From sequence record LR597647: a stretch of DNA of 64,000 nucleotides; one strand, 5' to 3'. The notes beneath the pieces are model-generated. The model searched no databases. It was not told the DNA's origin and worked only from the letters and a program-made list of their open reading frames with translations. Below, piece after piece: positions 55,658-64,000 of the stretch. The first letter of the stretch is position 1; each line of letters begins with the position of its first letter. Source of the DNA: Escherichia phage rV5_ev147. The translations under genes were made by a program, and so were the position numbers.

Positions 55658-57736
55658 TTAAAAAGGTGTTTCATCATCCTCAAAACCAGGAACATGGTCA
55701 GAGGACGGATCATCGTACTGGAGTTCTTCCTGCGTGTCAACAGGCTTAACAGTAGGAGTTACAACCTTATCAGCCACAACCTTGCCCATAGGTGTTTCTA
55801 CAACTGCATGCTCCTGATCCTCAAACATAGCCTGAGGTCTCCAAACAACCTCCCCACCTTCTCCATCTGTAAACATTTGCATTTCTTTGTCCCAGTACCA
55901 ATTACTGGCATCATGGAACTTACCTGTGTGCGGGTCCATAACCAAAGTGTCAGCAATACCTAGAGTTTTTGCTGGACGGTTTTTAAGACCTACCAGACGG
56001 ACACGTCCACGAGAACGATCCACCATTTCTTCGGCCTCGACACCTATGACTACCCAACTCAACTGTTCAAGCCCCGCCGATCCTCGCAAATTCTCTTTTC
56101 GCACAGGATACCAGAAAGGTAACGGGTTACCATCCTTGTCCTTAGGAGGCACAATCTCTGTACGTTTGAGGTGAGCGATCACCAAGATAAACACGTTAAA
56201 CTGCTTACAAAACGCAGCCAGCTGAGTCATAGCCATGTCCAGTTCTTTTCGCTCATCCTTAACATTAAGCCCTGAAATTACCATGGACAGGTGATCCAGC
56301 ACAATATAACGGCAATGGTACAGGCAAACCATTTGCTTAAGCTTGGTAATCAACTCATCCACCGGAATAGACCCGAAATGTTTGAACACCTTGATTTTTC
56401 CAGCTTTTGCCCATGATTGGTGAATCTCTGCGTGTTCTTGATCAGTTAAAAACTGGCTAGGATCTTCAACAAACTCTTTAACATCAAACCCTAACTGGTT
56501 TGCATACAAGGAGTTAATTGCTTCCTCTGGGTCCTCCTCAAGATGGATCATACATAGACGATCATCCTCTTCATAGTCATCAGCCTTCGGGCATGTCGGG
56601 TCCATTAGGTATCTTGCAATACAGTGTTCCAGTTTTTTAGCTACGGTTGTTTTACCGCCACCTGATGGACCTGTAAGCATTACGAGTGTCCCTTTGTGCA
56701 AGCCTTTTAGCATTTTTTGCAGTTTTGGGAACTCTGCGCTGATATCTACCCCGTTGGAAGTCTTTTTCCGCAAAGACTCGATAGAGAAGTCTTCTAAATC
56801 CGACACCGCATCAGGCACATATTTAACAGGATGCCGGAACATGTTGACAATATCTTCCAGCTTTTTAGCCTTCAGCATGTCTCGGATATCTTTTACACCG
56901 TCAGGGTCGTTTACTTCACCAGGGTATTCTACGTGGTAAACGTTATCAGCCATCAAAAATGCTGCGATATTGTGCGTGGCCTCAACACCTTTAATGACGT
57001 GTTTTTGCTTCTCTACCTCGTTAGCTGCATCGTTATCCATTGCCAGCACAACTGTTCCATAGCTACGGATAAACTTCTCATTGTTTGCAAAAGTATCTAC
57101 TGCGTTTGCACATCCACAGTTAATTCCAACAAAAGGCAGGCAGGGTTTTCCTGCCAGATCACCACCGTTGATAACTGCATCGATCCCGTCCTGGACCTCT
57201 TTAGCCCACTGCTTCACCTTTGCCGGGGCTTTAGCGTTGGTGAGAATCCCTTTTACTTGTATCTGATATGCAGCCTGCCATGCTGCAATAACATCACCTT
57301 CCCCCTCACAAACGTTAATTTGCTTACGGTTGTTGGAAGATGCACACAGCTTTTGCCCAAACATCTGAGAGTTAGCCTTTACTATGCCAACAACTGAGAA
57401 ATGGCCCCTTTGCTCTTTAGGAATCGTCCAGTCACGCTTTTTGAAACCGGACAGATTTCCGTAGCGGTCGTAATATGGGAAATATGTTGCAGTGACTGTC
57501 ACACCGTCTTCTTGTGACAATGCTGATCGCACACCAAAATATTGTGCAGCCATCAGACCGATATTTTGTTGTGGGACAGGGACAATTTTAGTATTTTCTA
57601 AAACAGTCTCTACAGTTTCAACTTCTTTTTCATCACGATAGTCTCGTTTCACACTTCCCCCACTTTTATACTTAGTTGCTTTCGGGTTTGGCTCACCGAA
57701 ACGGTTGTATGCAGATGCCATAAATTTACTTCCCAT
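55658..57736 (-). CDS. DNA primase-helicase (TOPRIM plus DnaB-like ATPase, T7 gp4-type)
   Basis: TOPRIM VVLAMDNDAANE; Walker A GPSGGGKTT; helicase motif VIAHLKR. Confidence 0.75.
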   Translation of the reverse strand: MGSKFMASAYNRFGEPNPKATKYKSGGSVKRDYRDEKEVETVETVLENTKIVPVPQQNIGLMAAQYFGVRSALSQEDGVTVTATYFPYYDRYGNLSGFKKRDWTIPKEQRGHFSVVGIVKANSQMFGQKLCASSNNRKQINVCEGEGDVIAAWQAAYQIQVKGILTNAKAPAKVKQWAKEVQDGIDAVINGGDLAGKPCLPFVGINCGCANAVDTFANNEKFIRSYGTVVLAMDNDAANEVEKQKHVIKGVEATHNIAAFLMADNVYHVEYPGEVNDPDGVKDIRDMLKAKKLEDIVNMFRHPVKYVPDAVSDLEDFSIESLRKKTSNGVDISAEFPKLQKMLKGLHKGTLVMLTGPSGGGKTTVAKKLEHCIARYLMDPTCPKADDYEEDDRLCMIHLEEDPEEAINSLYANQLGFDVKEFVEDPSQFLTDQEHAEIHQSWAKAGKIKVFKHFGSIPVDELITKLKQMVCLYHCRYIVLDHLSMVISGLNVKDERKELDMAMTQLAAFCKQFNVFILVIAHLKRTEIVPPKDKDGNPLPFWYPVRKENLRGSAGLEQLSWVVIGVEAEEMVDRSRGRVRLVGLKNRPAKTLGIADTLVMDPHTGKFHDASNWYWDKEMQMFTDGEGGEVVWRPQAMFEDQEHAVVETPMGKVVADKVVTPTVKPVDTQEELQYDDPSSDHVPGFEDDETPF

Positions 57737-58520
57737 TAATTCTGCTCCTTACTACAGGCTCGTTTGCCAGGAATACGGCTTTTGCCCAGCCACGTGGTGT
57801 GAGGCTTCGAATCATCTTCGTTCTTGCACTCTTTCCACCCAGCTTGGCGTGTTGCATGGAATACCCGCTAACCACGTCAACTATTTGCGGGACAGGTTTT
57901 GTGGCTGGGATTATAAATCCATTACCTATCCAGCCGCAAGTTATTTTTGGATAGGCATCACGTGGAGCTATAAATTCAGGAAACCATGGGTTTACATCAT
58001 CTTCCGGTAAATACCCGCCATAATCCGAAGGGTGAAAACGGTAATCAGGTTTGCGCCACAGTGTGGACATAACACCCACAGGATTCTCTACATGCCACGG
58101 GCAATCGTAAATCTCTCCCAGCTCTTCCGCAACCCGAGCATCCTTTACAGCATTAATTTGGATCATGGGGTCCTTAGCCAGCTTTTTCTTAAAATGTGCA
58201 GCACCTGATACCGCTAAATGCGTGCACGGAGGAAATGCAAGAATAAAATCTGGAGCCGGATACATGCAAAAAGTTTCCTGAGGGAACCACGGGTCAATCC
58301 AATAGTCCACATAGTGAATGTTGGGATGATCGGTGATCACCTCTGCATAACTGCCGTGATCAGCGCCTTCTGCATTAAAGCACAGGCACAGGTACCCAGC
58401 TTTTGCCCAGTCAATGACTGCACCACCAGACCCGTCAAATAGACTCCACACAACACCTTTGTGGTAGTGTTCTTTGTAGATAAATTTCAATTTGCTGTCT
58501 CCTAATGCAAAAAGCCCCAC
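57726..58520 (-). CDS. DNA cytosine-5 methyltransferase (compact)
   Basis: motif I LFDGSGG, motif IV FPPCTHLAVSG (PC dyad), motif VI HVENPVG. Confidence 0.65.
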   Translation of the reverse strand: MGLFALGDSKLKFIYKEHYHKGVVWSLFDGSGGAVIDWAKAGYLCLCFNAEGADHGSYAEVITDHPNIHYVDYWIDPWFPQETFCMYPAPDFILAFPPCTHLAVSGAAHFKKKLAKDPMIQINAVKDARVAEELGEIYDCPWHVENPVGVMSTLWRKPDYRFHPSDYGGYLPEDDVNPWFPEFIAPRDAYPKITCGWIGNGFIIPATKPVPQIVDVVSGYSMQHAKLGGKSARTKMIRSLTPRGWAKAVFLANEPVVRSRINGK

Positions 58521-58541
58521 CCTTTCGGGCAGGGCCTAGTG

Positions 58542-59024
58542 TTAAACCCGGATACCTATTGTATACTCGGTGGATACCAATGTCAAATCTAAATTTAAAA
58601 TTTCTTGCATCTCATAATATGCGTCCAGGGTTAGATACATTTCCCCATCCTTTTCTGCATACTTGTCCAAGTGCTTAAGGCATTTCGGATAACTATCGAG
58701 TGCAGCTTTCAGACACTCAAATTCTGTGCTGTTAATGAATCCTTCCATCTTAGCTACCCGTTCTGGAGTAACGATAGCACTGTAGTGAGATTTAGCTTCC
58801 TGAATGCAATGGGTCCAAGCATCAACTTTCTCTTCGAAAAGCCCGAAGAACTTCTTTTTGGTGAGCTTCAGATTCTTTAAGTGCTTAAGCACTCGGTTGC
58901 CGATCACAGCCACATCACGAAACTTAAGGATCACTTTGTCGATATCCTCGCGGCCTATTTTCACAAAGCAAGCCTCGCACATTTCAGGAGTGGCATAGCC
59001 TACTTTCCACATAAAATCTGACAT
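58542..59024 (-). CDS. hypothetical protein
   Basis: ORF. Confidence 0.45.
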   Translation of the reverse strand: MSDFMWKVGYATPEMCEACFVKIGREDIDKVILKFRDVAVIGNRVLKHLKNLKLTKKKFFGLFEEKVDAWTHCIQEAKSHYSAIVTPERVAKMEGFINSTEFECLKAALDSYPKCLKHLDKYAEKDGEMYLTLDAYYEMQEILNLDLTLVSTEYTIGIRV

Positions 59025-59036
59025 AACACCCTCTCC

Positions 59037-59432
59037 TTATTCCTGAAAAGCAACGATATCATATGAACTTGCAGATGATCCTGGTGAAGAATGACTCCAG
59101 TCTAGGTCATCAGAGTAGTCAGCGTACTGTGCACCACTACGTAGTTTGTATTTTACCCACTTACCTGGTGCAGGGTTTTCACCACCTTCCCATACTTCCC
59201 AGCCTTCTGGCAGGCCGTCCTGGGGGTAGTCATCCACCTCACTAATAATCTTAGGGTTTGGCACCAAGATCCCTGCAGGCTCTTCCTTCCTGATAAGTGT
59301 CCACACAGTGTAGGTGTCTGAGCAGGCGCATGATAGCAAAGTATATCCACTATTCAGAACTTCTGCAAGCTCTTTCTCAGCATCTTCCAACTTGGTTAAG
59401 TGGTATTGGACAATCTTCACATCTGTAATCAT
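59037..59432 (-). CDS. hypothetical protein
   Basis: ORF. Confidence 0.45.
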   Translation of the reverse strand: MITDVKIVQYHLTKLEDAEKELAEVLNSGYTLLSCACSDTYTVWTLIRKEEPAGILVPNPKIISEVDDYPQDGLPEGWEVWEGGENPAPGKWVKYKLRSGAQYADYSDDLDWSHSSPGSSASSYDIVAFQE

Positions 59433-59737
59433 CAGAAACCTCCCACTTCTTCGGCAAATGCAGCTGCTGTCGTCGCTGCATCAAGATAGGACTCTAGTTC
59501 ACGGGCTGCACGTTTGTAAATTGAGTGGCGCATATCGTTTGGCAGTTTGTGGAAGTCCACCTCTTCACCGTTGTGGTAAACATGCACATCAGTGATCTGT
59601 CTAAATCCATAATAGTCAACATCAGAATCACGACACTCTGGGTCTGGCAACTGGACAACTGCCTGAGCTTCCACAGTGAACATATCGTCAAGTTCAAAAT
59701 CGATTTCAAAAGTGTATGGTTTATAACGTTTCATCAT
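59432..59737 (-). CDS. hypothetical acidic protein
   Basis: ORF; start shifted to internal ATG to avoid overlap. Confidence 0.4.
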   Translation of the reverse strand: MMKRYKPYTFEIDFELDDMFTVEAQAVVQLPDPECRDSDVDYYGFRQITDVHVYHNGEEVDFHKLPNDMRHSIYKRAARELESYLDAATTAAAFAEEVGGF

Positions 59738-59750
59738 TTGATTGTACTCT

Positions 59751-61076
59751 TTATTGATCAGACTTATCTTTCGCAACTAAGGCCGGGGCAAGTTTGTAAT
59801 AACGGAAGCCACCACCACCTTGCCAGTTTACAGACTTAGAAATACCCCCTTGATCTTCGCCATCGATCACTTTTTCCAAGCGCGGAATAATATGGGTATG
59901 ACAATGATCACCTAGCTCGATTGAGATCCAGCGTCTTTTCATCTTATGAGCTACAGCAGCAGTAGTTCCCGAACCACCGAATGAATCCAATACCAAATCG
60001 CCTTCTCGCGTGCACATTTCGAAAATCCGCTTCAAAAGCGCTTCTGGTTTTTTCCCATTTTTGAAACTAACGCCGCCTTCATTTGCTATTCCATTCCAAC
60101 TAATGTCTGTCCAAACATCAGTTATTAGTTCCGCAGGTTGCATCTCACCGTCAATTTCCAAAAGCCTATTGGAGTAAAAGACCATTTGCCTACCATTTGC
60201 GATATAAAATCCTTCAACATCCTCATTTGGATGTACATAAACCTTATCCCTATCTTTCTTTGACTTCTCGATAGTTTCTTTTCTCTTTATTTTAGCACCA
60301 CCACCAATTGCAACAGATTGAAATACACGTTCTGCATTATCAATTGCGAATTGTGCTAATTCATCATCGAATGTATCAGGCAGTTTTTTCTTGGCTTCTT
60401 TTGCATCTTTATAGCCATTGGCCTTTGCAAACGCATCGGCAATACCGCACCACGTCCAATTTTTATAATGGTCATCCGGGTTTAATAGGTATTTGTTATA
60501 TCCTGTATCATACCCTTTAGGTATATAGATTTTGTTAAGCGGTTTCTGGGTGCGATCTTTTGCATATACAAGCAAAAAGTTTGCTGTGGAGAAAACTGTG
60601 GCTCCTGTTGCCTTAAATCCCGAAGGGGAATTTGTGGTCATCGATATAGTATTTAACTGATTTGCACGACCAAAAATCTCGTCCATCAAAACTTTTAAAT
60701 ACGCCATTTCGCAATCATCTAAGTGAACGAATATTACCCCATCATCACTTAGAAGATTACGAATTATTTCTAACCTATCCCTCATTAAGCCCAGCCAAAT
60801 GGAATGCTCCAGGCTATCATCGTAATGCTCAAAAGCCCTCCCGGTATTGAATGGTGGGTCTATGTAAACACACTTCACTTTGCCTGCATACTCTTGCTCT
60901 AGCGCCTTCAATGCTAATAAGTTATCTCCAAAAATCAGTTTATTATCAAAAATATCGTTTTCGGTCACTTTCTGGCTGTGGTAAGATTTGCTAGAATCTT
61001 CTAACAAAATGTGTGGCTCTAACTTTTTGCGCTCGTTTTTACCTATCCAGGTAAGTTCTAATTTGGTTTTGCTCAT
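59751..61076 (-). CDS. DNA methyltransferase, N6-adenine/N4-cytosine (beta class)
   Basis: catalytic VYIDPPFNTG then AdoMet motif DLVLDSFGGSGTTA (IV before I). Confidence 0.8.
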   Translation of the reverse strand: MSKTKLELTWIGKNERKKLEPHILLEDSSKSYHSQKVTENDIFDNKLIFGDNLLALKALEQEYAGKVKCVYIDPPFNTGRAFEHYDDSLEHSIWLGLMRDRLEIIRNLLSDDGVIFVHLDDCEMAYLKVLMDEIFGRANQLNTISMTTNSPSGFKATGATVFSTANFLLVYAKDRTQKPLNKIYIPKGYDTGYNKYLLNPDDHYKNWTWCGIADAFAKANGYKDAKEAKKKLPDTFDDELAQFAIDNAERVFQSVAIGGGAKIKRKETIEKSKKDRDKVYVHPNEDVEGFYIANGRQMVFYSNRLLEIDGEMQPAELITDVWTDISWNGIANEGGVSFKNGKKPEALLKRIFEMCTREGDLVLDSFGGSGTTAAVAHKMKRRWISIELGDHCHTHIIPRLEKVIDGEDQGGISKSVNWQGGGGFRYYKLAPALVAKDKSDQ

Positions 61077-61137
61077 CGTTTGGTGCTCTCCTTAGTTTTT
61101 TGTGGGGAGGAGGCCTCCCCTTTATACTCACATCTTA

Positions 61138-61479
61138 CTACTCAAGGTCTTCAGAGTCAAGCTCAAAAAGAATCAAACTGTGCATGCCTGCAGATAGATT
61201 AACACACCCTGCAACAATAAGGGTCTGATAGTAAGGTTCAGCACCCTCAATGTCTTCGTTAAAATCCACAACAAGGTAGTCACCTTTGTTAAAGGTGTAT
61301 TTGTCCGATGTAAACGCAAAACCTGCCCAGTCCCCTACTGCAGGGTCTTTATCAGTCACCTTTGTTAACAGTAGATCTTTTTCACGGGATCTTTTAGTAA
61401 AATCGTGAATCACAACATCCTTCTCTTCAGGAGTTGGATTGCCACACACGTAGTTAACTATATTTCTCCACAAACTCAT
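61138..61479 (-). CDS. hypothetical protein
   Basis: ATGA overlap with helicase gene. Confidence 0.45.
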   Translation of the reverse strand: MSLWRNIVNYVCGNPTPEEKDVVIHDFTKRSREKDLLLTKVTDKDPAVGDWAGFAFTSDKYTFNKGDYLVVDFNEDIEGAEPYYQTLIVAGCVNLSAGMHSLILFELDSEDLE

Positions 61480-62846
61480 ACGTCCCCCTCTTCGGCTCTG
61501 GTTTCAAAATCTTTCCTGACAATTTTGTCTAAGTCAGGGAATGTTGTATTGTAAAACTCTACGACTCGCGGGTCAACAATAATGTCAACTTCTCTTAGTG
61601 GACGCAACAAGTTTATTCCTTGTATTGTCTTAACCCGACTCAAAGCAACATACGTCATCCCAGGAGAGAAAGCTCCGTTCTTTCCAAGGTCCAGGTTGTA
61701 ACAATCTAGCGTAAGTCCTTGACTTTTATGAGATGTTACGGCATACCCAGATTTCAGAGGAAGTTGCCTGTATGACCCAATCACTACCCTCTCTATAAAC
61801 TTCTCCATCTTCCTTTCTGCAATGTTGTATCTCTGAGATGGCTTATACTCGTTATTTTCCCACAACCTCTGCTCTATGTCAACCTGTGTTCCATCTTCAA
61901 GCTCTACCACCACCGCCTTGTTCTTAAATTTAACAATTGTGGCACGTGTTCCGTTAACATAATAAGGTACTTTGTGCGTCGGGTCAACATCGTTGGCGGT
62001 TATCATAACTTTCATGCCAATTTTCAACTTCATCTCCTGCTCAACTGGCAGGGTGGAGGGAAACTTACCCTTCATTTCACCAGTGTATACCTTCTCTGGG
62101 GCGTTGATGGCATCATAGAACCTTCTGTTCACTTCCTCTGCTTGTTTGTTGGTGGCGCAAATTGTGAGAGCGTCTGTTGGTACACCGCCTTTGTAACAGC
62201 GAGCATTAAGTTCTGCTACAACCTCTTTTATGCGACGACCCTCACGAACACAGTTGAGCATTGTGGCAAATCGAATAGACTCCTGTCGGAACTGGTCTAT
62301 TAGGGCTATGTTGTGAAGGTCCAGCTCTTTCCAAGATTCGGTATAGCAACATAGGTCTGTGTGGTAGAAGTTGAAGTAGGCCTCCTTCTCCATAGAAGAG
62401 ACAACAGGAGGTGCCTGGTAAAAATCGCCAAACAATATGACCTGTATGCCTCCGAAAGGTTTGTCATTTTTTCGAAGGAAGCGGAGTTTCCTATCCATCT
62501 CTATAAACTTATCAGCACGGATCATAGAGATTTCATCGATAATTAGGATGGTAAATGCCTTGCTTTTCAAAGGCTTTGCTGTTTTTGCCCTTATTGCAGT
62601 CCAGTCAGACTCCATGCTCACACCTGCTGCAAGATCGAAGGTTCGGTGTGCTGTTGCTCCATTAACGTTTAAAGCGGCTACCCCTGTCGGGGCAACCGTT
62701 ATGCAAGAGTCTCCATACATTGACTGGATCATGTTGATGAGGTACGTCTTCCCACAACCTGCGGGTCCTGAAACGAAGACATTCTCCCCACTCATGATTG
62801 CAACAAGGGCAGCATCTGTGCCTACATCATACTGCCCTTTTTCCAT
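61476..62846 (-). CDS. SF1 helicase, Dda/RecD-like
   Basis: Walker A GPAGCGKTY, Walker B LIIDEISM, motif VTSHKSQGLTLD. Confidence 0.8.
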   Translation of the reverse strand: MEKGQYDVGTDAALVAIMSGENVFVSGPAGCGKTYLINMIQSMYGDSCITVAPTGVAALNVNGATAHRTFDLAAGVSMESDWTAIRAKTAKPLKSKAFTILIIDEISMIRADKFIEMDRKLRFLRKNDKPFGGIQVILFGDFYQAPPVVSSMEKEAYFNFYHTDLCCYTESWKELDLHNIALIDQFRQESIRFATMLNCVREGRRIKEVVAELNARCYKGGVPTDALTICATNKQAEEVNRRFYDAINAPEKVYTGEMKGKFPSTLPVEQEMKLKIGMKVMITANDVDPTHKVPYYVNGTRATIVKFKNKAVVVELEDGTQVDIEQRLWENNEYKPSQRYNIAERKMEKFIERVVIGSYRQLPLKSGYAVTSHKSQGLTLDCYNLDLGKNGAFSPGMTYVALSRVKTIQGINLLRPLREVDIIVDPRVVEFYNTTFPDLDKIVRKDFETRAEEGDV

Positions 62847-64000
62847 TACGCCTCCTCGTAAAGAATGTCGATAGTGTTACCGTCTCGGTCAACCACGTAT
62901 TCAATCGGGTCTCCGTCCTTGCGTGCTTCCGGAGCTACCACAATCTCATAGCGGCATGCACGGCACTTAGCGCTATTGTGTTGGTATGGCACACTAACCA
63001 CATCTGCAGGGTCAACCATGACAGTCATTACAGTGCCGTAGCTCTTTGCATACTCCTTGCTGGCGCAGTGTAAGCCATAGGAGCACGCAGCTTCAGGATC
63101 ATCCTCTACAAAGTTACGAGGCATGGATACAAAAGCACCCTGGTATTGTGGAACTTTACCACTGTGCCAATCCACCCACTTGCTGCCGTTAAACTGAACC
63201 CCTTTGTAGCAAATGATTCGACCATCTTCTGCAATCTGGATATCGTTGGCCTGCATAAAATCGTAGAGCATGTTTACAGATTTTGCAGAAGGATTGCGTA
63301 GCAGGCGAACGAGGAATTTCACATAGCGGTCATCCAGTGTTCCGTCTGCATAGTCTTTCTCAATTTTCTTTGCAATGGTGGATCGCATCTCTACACCGTA
63401 GTAGTAGAGCTTACCATCTTTCATGATCAGGTTGTCTGCAAGTGTGGTGAACTCATTCTTGCGTTCCAGCCAGACAAGGATTTCACCAATTGCCTCATCA
63501 TATTCCTGAACAGAGATATGGTCGAAGACTTTCTGGTAAACTTCCTCACTTTCGCTGCGGCGAATTTCAAAAATGCCTTCGTTGCAGGTGATCTGGAGGA
63601 GTTCCCCACAAATAACTACTAAAGGCTCGATGCTTCGAGTCTGTTGCTGAGACACACTGCTCACCACCTCCAGCACCGGGTCTTTGACTTCTACTAAAGG
63701 TTCTTCTGACTTGATTGCCACCCCAGTGAACCCCACACCGTGAACAACACACAGTGGGTATACCACGCCCCAACGTTTAACGGAACCTTCGCCTAAGTCT
63801 AAGATCATGGCGTACTTACCATTATCTTCCAGCCCATATCGAAATAGACGGGCCTCTTCACGGGTTTCAAAATCCTCACGGGTGTAGCAGACGCTGTCAC
63901 GGTCAGGATCGAACAACTCTGGGGCACCAACTGCCAGTGTCCAGGTTGTGTCGCCTTTCTCAATGGCACATGTGAAACCCTTCTTCTCAAGTTCTGCACG
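62846..64000 (-). CDS. hypothetical protein, 5'-partial (frame open to window edge); KxDG-containing, possible ligase-like nucleotidyltransferase
   Basis: frame stays open upstream of 63916 to 64000; IMKDGKLYYYG and GSKWVDW loosely resemble RNA ligase motifs. Confidence 0.35.
   Translation of the reverse strand, partial: RAELEKKGFTCAIEKGDTTWTLAVGAPELFDPDRDSVCYTREDFETREEARLFRYGLEDNGKYAMILDLGEGSVKRWGVVYPLCVVHGVGFTGVAIKSEEPLVEVKDPVLEVVSSVSQQQTRSIEPLVVICGELLQITCNEGIFEIRRSESEEVYQKVFDHISVQEYDEAIGEILVWLERKNEFTTLADNLIMKDGKLYYYGVEMRSTIAKKIEKDYADGTLDDRYVKFLVRLLRNPSAKSVNMLYDFMQANDIQIAEDGRIICYKGVQFNGSKWVDWHSGKVPQYQGAFVSMPRNFVEDDPEAACSYGLHCASKEYAKSYGTVMTVMVDPADVVSVPYQHNSAKCRACRYEIVVAPEARKDGDPIEYVVDRDGNTIDILYEEA

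Overview
This window looks like a segment of a large virulent tailed dsDNA phage genome; the host is inferred to be enterobacterial (sigma70-consensus promoters, an E. coli SSB-type DDDIPF tail), and the phage itself is not identified. It has three parts. (1) A plus-strand arm (1-30952) carries recombination nucleases, a full nucleotide-metabolism module (ThyX-like, NrdA/NrdB, glutaredoxin, NrdD/NrdG, dNMP kinase, 5'-nucleotidase), PhoH, a ClpP-like protease, two adenine methyltransferases, an HPF/RaiA ribosome-hibernation homolog and a long tandem array of paralogous small acidic proteins. (2) A 2.6-kb non-coding region (30953-33571) where the two arms converge is densely packed with iterons, direct and inverted repeats. 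(3) A minus-strand arm (33572-64000) holds about 50 small early-type genes in promoter/hairpin/RBS modules, a second repeat-rich non-coding island (43640-44654), a TARG1/DarG-like macro-domain protein, and the replication module (SSB-like, family A polymerase, primase-helicase, C5- and N6/N4-methyltransferases, Dda-like helicase). No tRNA, rRNA or CRISPR array was found. All calls rest on motif reading and recalled family signatures; no database search was run. Best candidates for something new: the paralog array, the macro-domain protein, the HPF homolog and the two repeat-rich non-coding regions.
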